Source: Candidatus Omnitrophota bacterium (GTDB lineage Bacteria > Omnitrophota > Gorgyraeia > JAHIPI01). From it: DNA of 64,000 nt. Shown here piece by piece: positions 29,198 through 40,368 of this stretch. The translations under genes and the position numbers were made by a program. The notes beneath the pieces are model-generated. The model did not search any database. It worked only from the letters and a program-made list of their open reading frames with translations, and had not been told where the DNA came from. Every line of letters starts with the position of its first letter. The stretch's first letter is position 1. The stretch covers positions 7,112 through 71,111 of the forward strand of contig JADHVZ010000003.1 of the NCBI GenBank assembly GCA_016783745.1, in the 5' to 3' direction.

Positions 29198-29333
29198 ACC
29201 AAGGAGCTGTAACGTTACGTTTCATTTTTTTGATTTTTTACGGAATTGCTTTATAGCGAGGAAGCGGGCAGGCCAGGAAAGCGGGCCAGCCCGCCGAAGT
29301 TTGTTTCGTAAGAATAGCAGGAGTAAAACGAAG

Positions 29334-29418
29334 GCGGGCGTGGCGGAACTGGCAGACGCGCATGGCTTAGGACCATGTGGAGAAATCCTTGGGGGTTCAA
29401 GTCCCTCCGCCCGCACCA
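29334..29418 (+). tRNA. tRNA-Leu (anticodon TAG), class II with long variable arm
   Basis: Acceptor GCGGGCG/CGCCCGC, anticodon loop CTTAGGA, long variable arm, T-loop TTCAAGT, CCA encoded. Confidence 0.85.
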
Positions 29419-29490
29419 GCTTATGCTATTTTTCTTGAAATATTACGCTTGTATGATAAAATAAACATCTATCTTTGATAAGTTAAAAGT

Positions 29491-29566
29491 GCCCGCATAG
29501 CTCAATTGGTAGAGCAAGACACTCTTAATGTCGAGGTTCTAGGTTCGATTCCTAGTGCGGGTACCA
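29491..29566 (+). tRNA. tRNA-Lys (anticodon CTT)
   Basis: Acceptor GCCCGCA/TGCGGGT (G1-U72 wobble), D-arm GCTCAATTGGTAGAGC, anticodon loop CTCTTAA, T-loop TTCGATT, CCA encoded. Confidence 0.75.
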
Positions 29567-29575
29567 GATATTAGT

Positions 29576-29670
29576 AGGTTTTAGGTGATAGGTAGTAGGT
29601 TATAGGTTTTTAGGAAAGAAATTTAAACCTACAACCTATAACCTACTACCTAACATATGATTTTTTAAAG
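29576..29670 (+). terminator. Hairpin built of TAGGTNN heptads (20-bp perfect stem) followed by a T6 run; terminator after tRNA-Lys
   Basis: taggtagtaggttataggtt (29589-29608) pairs perfectly with aacctataacctactaccta (29634-29653). The T-run is at 29661-29666. Confidence 0.5.
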
Positions 29671-29677
29671 CTATAAT

Positions 29678-29753
29678 GCGGGAGTAGCTCAGTTGGTAGA
29701 GCATCACGTTGCCAACGTGAATGTCGCCGGTTCGAGCCCGGTCTCCCGCTCCA
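29678..29753 (+). tRNA. tRNA-Gly (anticodon GCC)
   Basis: Acceptor GCGGGAG/CTCCCGC, anticodon loop TTGCCAA, T-loop TTCGAGC, CCA encoded. Confidence 0.85.
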
Positions 29754-29912
29754 ATTTTTCGCGTGCGAAAAATTGTCCTGAAGGCGCGGCGTGCAGGAGC
29801 GCCTGAAGGGCCACAAATTCGCGAAGCGTAAATATGTCCCGAGGATCCACATTTTTATTTTTATTAACAGCAATTATAAATTTAAACAGGCGAAAGGAGA
29901 TAGTATACTAAC

Positions 29913-30380
29913 ATGAAAATAATGGATTTTCTTTCCAGGAAGGCCGTGATTGATAACCTTAAGTCAACGAACAAAGAAGGGGTAATACGGGAACTCATTG
30001 ATTCCCTTTCTAAGGCGGGCGCTATCAAGGCTAAAAAAGATGAAATAGTTAAGATCCTGATGGCAAGAGAGGCCTTAGGCTCAACCGGTATAGGCCAGGG
30101 CGTAGGAATACCTCACGGTAAATCCTCTGCGATAAAGAGCCTCGTAGCGGCTTTTGGCTTATCCAGGGATGGAATAGACTTCGAATCTCTGGACGGCGAA
30201 CCCGCTCACATCTTTTTCCTGATATTGGCGCCGGAGGATTCGGCAGGCCCGCATCTTAAAGCTTTAGCGCGTATATCCCGCCTTTTAAGAGATAAACACA
30301 TCAGGGAATTATTAAAGAAGGCCCACAGTGAGAAAGATATAGTAAAAATCATAACCGAAGAAGACAGTAAAAAACATTAA
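29913..30380 (+). CDS. ptsN: PTS EIIA type-2 protein (nitrogen-regulatory EIIA-Ntr-like)
   Basis: EIIA-2 fold motifs (LGSTGIGQGVGIPHGK with the active-site His). Confidence 0.7.
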   Translation: MKIMDFLSRKAVIDNLKSTNKEGVIRELIDSLSKAGAIKAKKDEIVKILMAREALGSTGIGQGVGIPHGKSSAIKSLVAAFGLSRDGIDFESLDGEPAHIFFLILAPEDSAGPHLKALARISRLLRDKHIRELLKKAHSEKDIVKIITEEDSKKH

Positions 30381-30455
30381 TTAGTGCTGAGTCGGGAGTT
30401 GGGAGTCAAGAAACTTCCACACTCAAGACTCAGAACTCAGGACTCATAACTAAAT

Positions 30456-31694
30456 ATGAAAAAACTCAAATGGCTTATTCCGGGAATGGGGGTTAAAAGA
30501 TGGATATTTCTTTTGATATTGAGCGTGATCCTCACATCCATGGGTTCGGTCTTTATCATTGTTGAAAAAAACCCGGACACAAGATTAGGCGCCAGCCTTG
30601 TGATCATTGCGGGCATCGTGGGCGTTATCACAAGCGTCAGGAAGATGGTAAAAACCATTGTCGGAGTTTTTTTGCCGGACCGTGAATCCGAGCTTGTTGA
30701 TATCATATATCAAAAGAGATATCTGGAGCGTGGTTCTAATGTAGTAGTGATCGGCGGAGGAACCGGCCTTTCGGTCCTCCTTCACGGGCTTAAAGATTAT
30801 ACCAGCAACATCACGGCCATAGTAACGGTCGCTGACGACGGCGGCTCATCCGGAAAACTGCGCGAGGAGTTCAATGTTCTCCCGCCCGGCGACATAAGGA
30901 GCTGCCTTGTGGCTTTAGCGGACGCGGAACCTCTGATGAGCAAGCTTTTTCAATTCCGTTTTACGGAAGGGGAGCATTTAAAAGGCCATAGTTTTGGAAA
31001 TCTTTTTATAACGGCCATGTCCAAAGTAACCGGAGATTTTGAACAGGCCGTGAGGGAATCCAGTAAGGTACTTGCTATACGCGGGAAGGTAATACCGTCA
31101 ACCCTATCAAAAATAATGCTTGTCGCCGAATACCAGAACGGTGAGGTGGCCAGAGGTGAAAGCAATATTCCGGGGAAAAAGACACCGATAAAAAAAGTTT
31201 TTCTTGAACCGAAAGAATGTGAAGCCACGGGAGCGGCGCTTGAGGCTATAAGAGAAGCTGATATTATCATCCTTGGCCCCGGCAGCTTATATACCAGCAT
31301 TATTCCTAATCTTTTGATAAATGGCATCTACCAGGAGGTATCAAGAAGCAAGGTACTCAAGATATATATTTGCAACGTAATGACTCAGGCCGGCGAGACA
31401 GACGGTTATAAGGCGAGTGACCATATCAAGGCAATAGTGCACCACACGACAACCGATATTATAAATACCTGTATCATAAATACAGCCGGTGTGCCCGGCG
31501 GCCTTTTAGAAAAATATAAAGAAGAAAGATCCGGGCCGGTCGAGCCCGACAGGGATAAAATACGTAAAATGGGTTACAAGGTCATAGGCGCTAACGTCAT
31601 AGACGCCAAGGATGTCGTCAGGCACGACCCGCATAAATTATCGCGGATAATAATGAATCTTATAGGGGAATATACCCGGCGAGGCAGTATTTAA
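30456..31694 (+). CDS. YvcK/CofD-family protein (gluconeogenesis factor, UPF0052) with an N-terminal membrane anchor
   Basis: VVVIGGGTGLSVLL and VTVADDGGSSGKLR are the hallmark motifs of the YvcK/2-phospho-L-lactate transferase family. Confidence 0.7.
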   Translation: MKKLKWLIPGMGVKRWIFLLILSVILTSMGSVFIIVEKNPDTRLGASLVIIAGIVGVITSVRKMVKTIVGVFLPDRESELVDIIYQKRYLERGSNVVVIGGGTGLSVLLHGLKDYTSNITAIVTVADDGGSSGKLREEFNVLPPGDIRSCLVALADAEPLMSKLFQFRFTEGEHLKGHSFGNLFITAMSKVTGDFEQAVRESSKVLAIRGKVIPSTLSKIMLVAEYQNGEVARGESNIPGKKTPIKKVFLEPKECEATGAALEAIREADIIILGPGSLYTSIIPNLLINGIYQEVSRSKVLKIYICNVMTQAGETDGYKASDHIKAIVHHTTTDIINTCIINTAGVPGGLLEKYKEERSGPVEPDRDKIRKMGYKVIGANVIDAKDVVRHDPHKLSRIIMNLIGEYTRRGSI

Positions 31695-31695
31695 T

Positions 31696-32064
31696 ATGAT
31701 CATAGAGAAAAAAGTCGTGATAAATAATAGGATGGGACTCCACGCGAGGCCTGCGGCTATGTTTGTGCAGATAGCTAATAAATTCGATTGCGATATCATG
31801 ATCAAGCGCGGCAATCAGAAAGTCAACGGCAAATCAATAATGGGCATTCTCACTCTGGCTGCGAACAAGGGAGCCAAGGTATTGCTAAGAGCGGAGGGTC
31901 CGGATTCTGAGGTTGCTATTGCTAAGCTGGAAAAGCTGCTTTCCGGAGAACTTGACGATGTTCTATTTAAAGAGATCATTCCCAGGACAAAAAAAGACGT
32001 ATCGCGTAAAGGCGGCCTGATATCCGCGGAAGAGAAGGAAAAAAAGGAAGAGGATAATGGGTGA
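31696..32064 (+). CDS. ptsH: Phosphocarrier protein HPr (with a short C-terminal K/E-rich tail)
   Basis: Active-site GLHARPA (His15), GKSIMG region and a conserved Ser46-equivalent context. Confidence 0.75.
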   Translation: MIIEKKVVINNRMGLHARPAAMFVQIANKFDCDIMIKRGNQKVNGKSIMGILTLAANKGAKVLLRAEGPDSEVAIAKLEKLLSGELDDVLFKEIIPRTKKDVSRKGGLISAEEKEKKEEDNG

Positions 32065-33814
32065 GACTATACTAAAGGGAATACCGGCAGCGCCGGGCAT
32101 AACAATAGGAAAGGCCTATCTCCTGGACAGTGAGGACTTTACCATCTCCAAAAGGCATATTACCGAAAAAGGCCTGCCCGATGAGATCAATAGATTTCAG
32201 GATGCCCTTATCAAAACAAGAAATGAGATCCTTAAGATAAAAGATAAGATCTCCAAAGATATGGGTGTAGAGCACGGAGAGATCTTTAGCGCCCACCTCC
32301 TTGTCCTGGAAGATAGTATGCTTATCGAGGAAGTCATCACCAAGATGAAGAAAGATAAGATAGGTGTAGAGTATGTTTTTCTGGAGGTGCTGAGAAAATA
32401 TATAAAGACTTTTTCGAAAATGGACGATGAATATCTGAGAGAGCGTATAAGCGATATCAACGATGTAGGCAAAAGGATACTGCGCAATCTTCTAGGGGCG
32501 AAGCAGATGTTATTAGCAGATCTAAAAGAGAAGGTGATAATAATCTCTTATGACCTGTCCCCGTCTGATACGGCCGTAATGCACAGGAAGAATGTAATAG
32601 GCTTCGCTACGGATATCGGAGGCCGGACCTCACATACCGCCATTATGGCAAAGGCCCTTGAGATAACCGCCGTTGTAGGCCTGGAGAAGATAACCAAGGT
32701 GGTAAAAAACGGCGATATTCTGGTGATCGACGGAAACCGAGGCCTGGTCATAGCGGAACCTCAAAAAAAGACTTTAGATAAATATCATGCTGAAAAAAAG
32801 AAATATGAAAAGCTCGAAAGAGAGCTGATGACCCTGAAAAATCTTCCGTGCGAGACTCTTGACGGCCACAGGATAGAATTGTCCGCAAATATCGAGATGC
32901 CGGAAGAGATCGCTTCAGTGCTAAGGCACGGCGCCGACGGGATAGGGCTTTATCGCAGCGAGTTCTTCTACATCAACAGAGGGGACCTGCCGGATGAAGA
33001 GGAGCAATTCAAGGCATATGCGGAAGTGGCTAAAAAAATGGCCCCGAAACCCGTCATCATAAGAACGCTTGATCTGGGAGGGGATAAATTTCTTTCGCAA
33101 CTGGAGATACCCAGAGAGATGAATCCTTTTATGGGTTGGCGCGCTATAAGGTTCTGCCTGGCCAGACCGAATATATTCAAGGTCCAGTTAAGAGCTATTC
33201 TGAGGGCTTCCGCTTTTGGGAATCTCAAGATCATGTATCCGATGATATCAGGCATAGAGGAGCTGAAACAGGCAAACGCTATTCTTGACGAGGTGAAAAG
33301 CGAGCTGAAAAAAAAGAAGATCCCTTTCTCCCAAGATGTAGAAGTAGGGGCGATGATAGAGATACCGTCAGCTGCTTTGACGAGTGACATAATGGCTAAA
33401 GAAGCGGATTTCTTTTCAATCGGAACAAACGACCTTATACAATATGCGCTTGCCGTTGACAGGGTCAATGAGAAGATAGCGTATTTATACGAGCCGGCCC
33501 ATCCGGCAGTTCTCCGCCTTATAAAATTTATAATCGACAGTGCCCATAAAGAGGGCATATGGGTCGGGATGTGCGGTGAAATGGCTGGAGATCCTGCCCT
33601 GACAGTGATATTGCTTGGCCTTGGTCTGGACGAATTCAGCACTTCCCCTATACTCCTGCCGGAAGTAAAGATGATAATCAGGGCGTTTAAGCTTTCGGAA
33701 GCAAAGAAACTGGCCAAAAAAGCGCTGACTTTTCAAACCGGAAAAGAAATAGAGGAATTCGCGCGTGAAAAATTAAAGGAAGTGCTGCCGGAATTAGTCA
33801 TAGGAAGGGCGTAA
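32057..33814 (+). CDS. ptsI: Phosphoenolpyruvate-protein phosphotransferase (PTS enzyme I)
   Basis: GGRTSHTAIMAKALEI (phospho-His region), a PEP-utilizing TIM barrel C-terminus (NDLIQY...MCGEMAG), 585 aa. Confidence 0.85.
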   Translation: MGETILKGIPAAPGITIGKAYLLDSEDFTISKRHITEKGLPDEINRFQDALIKTRNEILKIKDKISKDMGVEHGEIFSAHLLVLEDSMLIEEVITKMKKDKIGVEYVFLEVLRKYIKTFSKMDDEYLRERISDINDVGKRILRNLLGAKQMLLADLKEKVIIISYDLSPSDTAVMHRKNVIGFATDIGGRTSHTAIMAKALEITAVVGLEKITKVVKNGDILVIDGNRGLVIAEPQKKTLDKYHAEKKKYEKLERELMTLKNLPCETLDGHRIELSANIEMPEEIASVLRHGADGIGLYRSEFFYINRGDLPDEEEQFKAYAEVAKKMAPKPVIIRTLDLGGDKFLSQLEIPREMNPFMGWRAIRFCLARPNIFKVQLRAILRASAFGNLKIMYPMISGIEELKQANAILDEVKSELKKKKIPFSQDVEVGAMIEIPSAALTSDIMAKEADFFSIGTNDLIQYALAVDRVNEKIAYLYEPAHPAVLRLIKFIIDSAHKEGIWVGMCGEMAGDPALTVILLGLGLDEFSTSPILLPEVKMIIRAFKLSEAKKLAKKALTFQTGKEIEEFAREKLKEVLPELVIGRA

Positions 33815-33817
33815 AGG

Positions 33818-35628
<1,811 letters not shown>

Positions 35629-35667
35629 GTCTTAGGTCGCTAGGTTTAAAAAAAAGGAGGAAAGAGA

Positions 35668-36825
35668 ATGTCGAAGGCGAAAAGTAAGCATCTTTTTACA
35701 TCAGAGAGTGTGACAGAAGGCCATCCCGATAAAATTTGCGATCAGATATCAGATGGGATACTGGACGCTATTTATGAGAAGGATCCGAACGGCAGAGTGG
35801 CGTGTGAGACCATGGTGACAACAGGACTTGTTTTCGTCACCGGAGAGATCACTACCTCTACTTATGTAGAGATACCTAAGATAATCAGGCGAACGATAAA
35901 GGATATAGGTTATTCAGACCCGGCCTATGGTTTTGACTATATGACCTGCGGTGTGATCACCTCTATCCAGGAACAGTCGTCAAACATCGCCCAGGGCGTG
36001 GACACCGGCGGCGCCGGAGACCAGGGTATGATGTTCGGTTATGCTACGGATGAGACACCCGAGTATATGCCCATGCCGATAGTGCTTGCCCACAAACTGA
36101 CGCGCAGGCTTGCGGAGATACGAAAGAATAACCTTGTAGATTATCTCCGCCCGGACGGAAAATCTCAGGTGACTATCGGATATGACGGCGGCATGCCGAA
36201 GACGATAGAAACCATAGTATTGAGCGCCCACCATGATCCTGAAGCCAAGATGGACAGAATAAAGAGCGATCTGAAAAAGCTGGTAATAGACCATGTTATG
36301 CCGAAGAAGATGATGAGAAAGAGCACGAAAATATATATAAATCCGACCGGAAAGTTCGCAGTAGGCGGGCCGCAGGCTGATAGCGGTGTTACAGGGAGAA
36401 AGATCATAGTGGATACTTACGGCGGAGTAGGCTCCCATGGCGGCGGCTGCTTCTCCGGCAAGGATCCGACAAAAGTCGATAGATCGGCCTCATATATGGC
36501 CAGGTATGTCGCGAAGAACATTGTTGCCGCTAAACTGGCAAAGAAATGCGAGATACAGGTCGCGTATGCGATAGGGGTGGCTGAACCTGTAAGCGTAATG
36601 GTCAACTCCTACGGGACAGGTAGATTTTCCGATGAAAAACTTGCGAGACTTGTGGCGGATGTGTTTGATCTGAGGCCAAAGGCTATTATAGAGCAATTGA
36701 AGCTGAGAAGGCCCATATACAAAAGGACAGCCAGTTACGGCCATTTTGGAAGAATGGAAGAGGGTTTCACATGGGAGCAGCTTGACAGGGCGGCGGAATT
36801 AGAGAAGAAAGCGAGGAAGAGATAA
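35668..36825 (+). CDS. metK: S-adenosylmethionine synthetase
   Basis: [21 protein letters not shown]-type loop ([16 protein letters not shown]), full length. Confidence 0.9.
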   Translation: MSKAKSKHLFTSESVTEGHPDKICDQISDGILDAIYEKDPNGRVACETMVTTGLVFVTGEITTSTYVEIPKIIRRTIKDIGYSDPAYGFDYMTCGVITSIQEQSSNIAQGVDTGGAGDQGMMFGYATDETPEYMPMPIVLAHKLTRRLAEIRKNNLVDYLRPDGKSQVTIGYDGGMPKTIETIVLSAHHDPEAKMDRIKSDLKKLVIDHVMPKKMMRKSTKIYINPTGKFAVGGPQADSGVTGRKIIVDTYGGVGSHGGGCFSGKDPTKVDRSASYMARYVAKNIVAAKLAKKCEIQVAYAIGVAEPVSVMVNSYGTGRFSDEKLARLVADVFDLRPKAIIEQLKLRRPIYKRTASYGHFGRMEEGFTWEQLDRAAELEKKARKR

Positions 36826-36828
36826 TAA

Positions 36829-38085
36829 ATGAAATACGATATCAAAGATGCCAAACTGGCGAATAAGGGAAAGCTGAGAATGGAATGGGCAATGGAATAC
36901 ATGCCCGTTTTAAAAATGATCATGAATAGATTTAAAAAAGAGAAGCCTTTGAAGGGGACTAGAGTCGCGTGTTGCCTTCACGTTACAACGGAAACAGCAA
37001 ATCTTATGCTGGCGCTAAAGGCCGGCGGCGCGAATGTGACATTATGCGCTTCGAATCCATTGAGTACGCAGGATGATGTTGCCGCGTCATTGGTAAAGGA
37101 TTACAATATACCTGTCTACGCGATCAAAGGCGAGAACGAAAAGACATATTACCAGCATATCAATAAGCTTCTGGATTTAAAACCGCAGATAACAATGGAT
37201 GACGGAGCGGATCTGGTCTCAGCTATACATATGAAGAGAAGGGATCTTGCCGCGGGCGTTTTGGGAGGCAGCGAAGAGACGACGACAGGCGTGATCAGGC
37301 TCCGAAGCCTTGAGAAAAGCGGCAAGCTGCTTTTTCCTATGATAGCCGTAAATGATGCCGACACAAAACATCTGTTTGACAATAGATACGGTACGGGACA
37401 GTCTACGATAGACGGTATCTTGCGCGCGACTAATATTTTAATGGCAGGCTCAAAATTTGTTGTATGTGGATATGGATGGTGCGGAAGAGGTGTAGCTATG
37501 CGTGCCAGGGGTATGGGCGCGATAGTATACATTTGTGAAACAGATCCATTGCGGGGTTTGGAAGCGGTAATGGACGGCTATGAAGTCCTTCCTATTAAGG
37601 AAGCCGCCAAGATAGCTGACGTAATTGTCACATTGACAGGTGATACAGGTGTTATTAGAGGGGAACATTTCAAATTGATGAAAAACGGCGCGATTATAGC
37701 TAATTCCGGCCACTTTAATGTTGAGATAGATATCCCCGCGCTTGAGCAGCTTTCCAGCAAGAAAAGACGCATCAGGGAATTTGTGGATGAATATGCGTTA
37801 AAGAACGGAAAGAAAATATATCTTTTGGGTGAGGGAAGGCTGGTCAATCTGGCAGCCGCGGAAGGCCATCCGGCAAGCGTCATGGATATGAGCTTTGCCG
37901 ACCAGGCGCTGAGCGCTGAATTCGTAAAGAAAAATGCTTCCGACCTCAGAAAAAAGGTATATGATGTGCCCAAGGAAATAGATAAGGAAGTAGCGCGGCT
38001 TAAATTGAAGACAATGGGCATCAGGATAGATACATTGACGGAAGAACAGAAAAAGTATCTGGAAAGCTGGGAGATAGGTACATAG
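36829..38085 (+). CDS. ahcY: Adenosylhomocysteinase
   Basis: Full-length SAH hydrolase pattern including the NAD-binding GYGWCGRG motif. Confidence 0.9.
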   Translation: MKYDIKDAKLANKGKLRMEWAMEYMPVLKMIMNRFKKEKPLKGTRVACCLHVTTETANLMLALKAGGANVTLCASNPLSTQDDVAASLVKDYNIPVYAIKGENEKTYYQHINKLLDLKPQITMDDGADLVSAIHMKRRDLAAGVLGGSEETTTGVIRLRSLEKSGKLLFPMIAVNDADTKHLFDNRYGTGQSTIDGILRATNILMAGSKFVVCGYGWCGRGVAMRARGMGAIVYICETDPLRGLEAVMDGYEVLPIKEAAKIADVIVTLTGDTGVIRGEHFKLMKNGAIIANSGHFNVEIDIPALEQLSSKKRRIREFVDEYALKNGKKIYLLGEGRLVNLAAAEGHPASVMDMSFADQALSAEFVKKNASDLRKKVYDVPKEIDKEVARLKLKTMGIRIDTLTEEQKKYLESWEIGT

Positions 38086-39078
38086 ATGATCTTCGAAAAA
38101 AAGAACAAAAAAAGGATAGCGCTGTTGACAAGCGGCGGTGATGCCCCCGGCATGAATGCCTCTATCCGGAGCGTTGTGAGGGCCGCGGTATATAACGGAC
38201 TTGATGTTTTCGGGGTATATAGGGGTTTCGCGGGCCTTATCGACGGCGAGATGAAGCAGCTTAATGCCCGCAGCGTAAGTAACATCATCACCGAAGGCGG
38301 GACGATCCTGAAGACTTCAAGATGCCCGGGATTCATGACTCGTGAAGGCCAGAAAAAAGCGGTCGCCCAGCTAAAAAAACACAAAATAGATTGCCTTATC
38401 GTAATAGGAGGCAATGGCTCTTTTCACGGTGCCCAAGCGCTGGGGAGCGTTTGGGGCATTGATGTAATAGGTATTCCCGGAACAATTGATAACGATCTTA
38501 ACGGGACTGATTATACGTTGGGCGCGGACACGGCTGTTAATACAGCGCTTCAGGCCATAGATAAGATCAGAGATACCGTGCATAGTATGGAGCGGATCTT
38601 TATCGTAGAAGTCATGGGACGCCATGAAGGTTTCATCGCGATAAGATGCGGCCTTACGGGCGGAGCCGAGGATATAGTAGTTCCGGAGATAGAATATGAT
38701 ATCAACAGTATGTGTGATGATATCCGAAAAGGCCGCGAAAAGGGCAAGATGAACTGGATCATAGTAGTCGCGGAAGGCGTGACGACGGCTGAAGATTTCG
38801 CGGAAAAGATAAGAGGGAACACAGGCTTCGAGGTCAGGTCAATAACACTTGGCCACATCCAGAGAGGCGGTTCACCTACTGCCATGGACAGGTTGCTTGG
38901 CCTTCGTTTCGGCGCGGCGGCGGTTGATGCCTTTCTCAAGGGCGAGAAAGGAAAGATGGTCGGCGTAGAGGCGGATGAGATCGTACTCACAAGCTTTGAA
39001 TTGGCCTGCGAAAAATGCGAAAAAAAGATGAATCTGGACAGAGAACTGCTAAAATTGACCAGGATGCTGGCAATATAA
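38086..39078 (+). CDS. pfkA: ATP-dependent 6-phosphofructokinase
   Basis: RIALLTSGGDAPGMNA, GGNGS, PGTIDND motifs. Confidence 0.85.
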   Translation: MIFEKKNKKRIALLTSGGDAPGMNASIRSVVRAAVYNGLDVFGVYRGFAGLIDGEMKQLNARSVSNIITEGGTILKTSRCPGFMTREGQKKAVAQLKKHKIDCLIVIGGNGSFHGAQALGSVWGIDVIGIPGTIDNDLNGTDYTLGADTAVNTALQAIDKIRDTVHSMERIFIVEVMGRHEGFIAIRCGLTGGAEDIVVPEIEYDINSMCDDIRKGREKGKMNWIIVVAEGVTTAEDFAEKIRGNTGFEVRSITLGHIQRGGSPTAMDRLLGLRFGAAAVDAFLKGEKGKMVGVEADEIVLTSFELACEKCEKKMNLDRELLKLTRMLAI

Positions 39079-39096
39079 TAAAACCAGGAGGAGGAC

Positions 39097-40176
39097 ATGT
39101 CGTTAGAAAAGGTACTGAAAAAGAGAACGCAGAATACTATTGATAAGTTCGGCAAAGATAATAAGCTCGCCCTTATCTCAGGCCATGATATCTTTAGCGC
39201 GCTGAGGGACGATAAAGTGATAATCATGACCTGCAATATCAGGATCAAGCACGCGGTCCCCGGTATTATGCGCGCGGCTGATGAGCTTGATGCGATAGTC
39301 GGTTATGAGCTTGCAAGATCAGAAGGTAATCTGCAAGGCGGCTATACGGGCCAGACCCCTTATACGTTCGCAGAGATGGTAACGGATTACGCGAATAAGC
39401 TTAATTTCCAAAAACCGTTTTTCATACACGCCGATCACACTACGGTGCGCAATACAAAACCCGAGGAATATGCCGTAGCTGAGGCGATCATAAAAGCCGC
39501 TATAGAAGCCGGTTATACATCCGTATCGATAGACGCCTCACATAATGAGGTAAATGATAATATAGCTATATCGTCAAAGCTTGGAAAGATGGTCCAGGAT
39601 GCCCGTCTCGGCCTTGAAGTGGAGATAGGCGAGATAAAGTTATTAAAAGAAGGCGGAGCGCTCTCAACTGTGGAGGAGTCCATAGAGTTTATTGAAGGCC
39701 TAAAGAAGAATAATGTTACACCTGACCTGCTCGCGATAAACAACGGATCTAAGCACGGAAATTACGCGCCCGGAGAGGAAGTGACTATAGACCTCAAGAG
39801 AACGGGCGAGATATATGAAGCTATAAAGGAATACGGGGTATGCGTAGCTCAGCACGGAATAACCGGAACGCCGCTCGAGCTTGTAGGCCAATTTGCGGAC
39901 TACGGCATCAGAAAAGGTAATGTAGGGACCGAGTGGCAGAATGTTGTCCACAAACATCTGCCGCAGGAGCTTATGGACGATATGAAAAAGTGGTGCGCTG
40001 AGAACAACCAGGATATAAAGAAAGCCACAAAGCCGTTTAAAGAGAGGATAGACAATATCCCTGAAGAGAGCAAAAAGGCAATAGAGGAAGATGCCTATGG
40101 CAGGGCAAAAGCCTATATTCAGGCACTCAGAGCAGAAGGAACAGCAAGCAAGGTTGTGAAGGCGCTGGCAAAGTAG
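39097..40176 (+). CDS. Class II aldolase-family protein (fructose/tagatose-bisphosphate aldolase-like)
   Basis: Class II FBA-like TIM-barrel motifs (HADH, NNGSKHG). Position immediately after pfkA supports a glycolytic aldolase role. The exact subfamily is uncertain. Confidence 0.5.
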   Translation: MSLEKVLKKRTQNTIDKFGKDNKLALISGHDIFSALRDDKVIIMTCNIRIKHAVPGIMRAADELDAIVGYELARSEGNLQGGYTGQTPYTFAEMVTDYANKLNFQKPFFIHADHTTVRNTKPEEYAVAEAIIKAAIEAGYTSVSIDASHNEVNDNIAISSKLGKMVQDARLGLEVEIGEIKLLKEGGALSTVEESIEFIEGLKKNNVTPDLLAINNGSKHGNYAPGEEVTIDLKRTGEIYEAIKEYGVCVAQHGITGTPLELVGQFADYGIRKGNVGTEWQNVVHKHLPQELMDDMKKWCAENNQDIKKATKPFKERIDNIPEESKKAIEEDAYGRAKAYIQALRAEGTASKVVKALAK

Positions 40177-40368
40177 CATTTGTTAGATATTAAAATAGCC
40201 AGATGTTAGAATAAAAAAAGCTAGATATGTGATATTGACAGAGCGTCTCTTGTAGGGTATACTTATATTGTCCTTATAAGAGGCGCTTTTATTTTGTAGA
40301 GTTATTTAACGATTTAAAAAAGTTTTTTTGCAAGTGCTATGTATGTCGCTTGATTTCGGAGGTATTTG

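Noticed and set aside
28857-29438. 193-aa ORF (+) and 64-aa ORF (-) covering the tRNA-Arg/tRNA-Leu region
   Set aside because: They run straight through two tRNA genes and repeat-rich spacer. Protein-coding potential is implausible. Treated as artefacts of the ORF finder.
32968-33717. 249-aa antisense ORF inside ptsI
   Set aside because: It lies entirely within, and opposite to, a well-supported conserved gene. Composition is Ser/Ala-rich low complexity. The same reasoning applies to other antisense ORFs, such as 37578..38414 in ahcY/pfkA, 38550..39248, 59261..60007 in clpC and 47702..48400.
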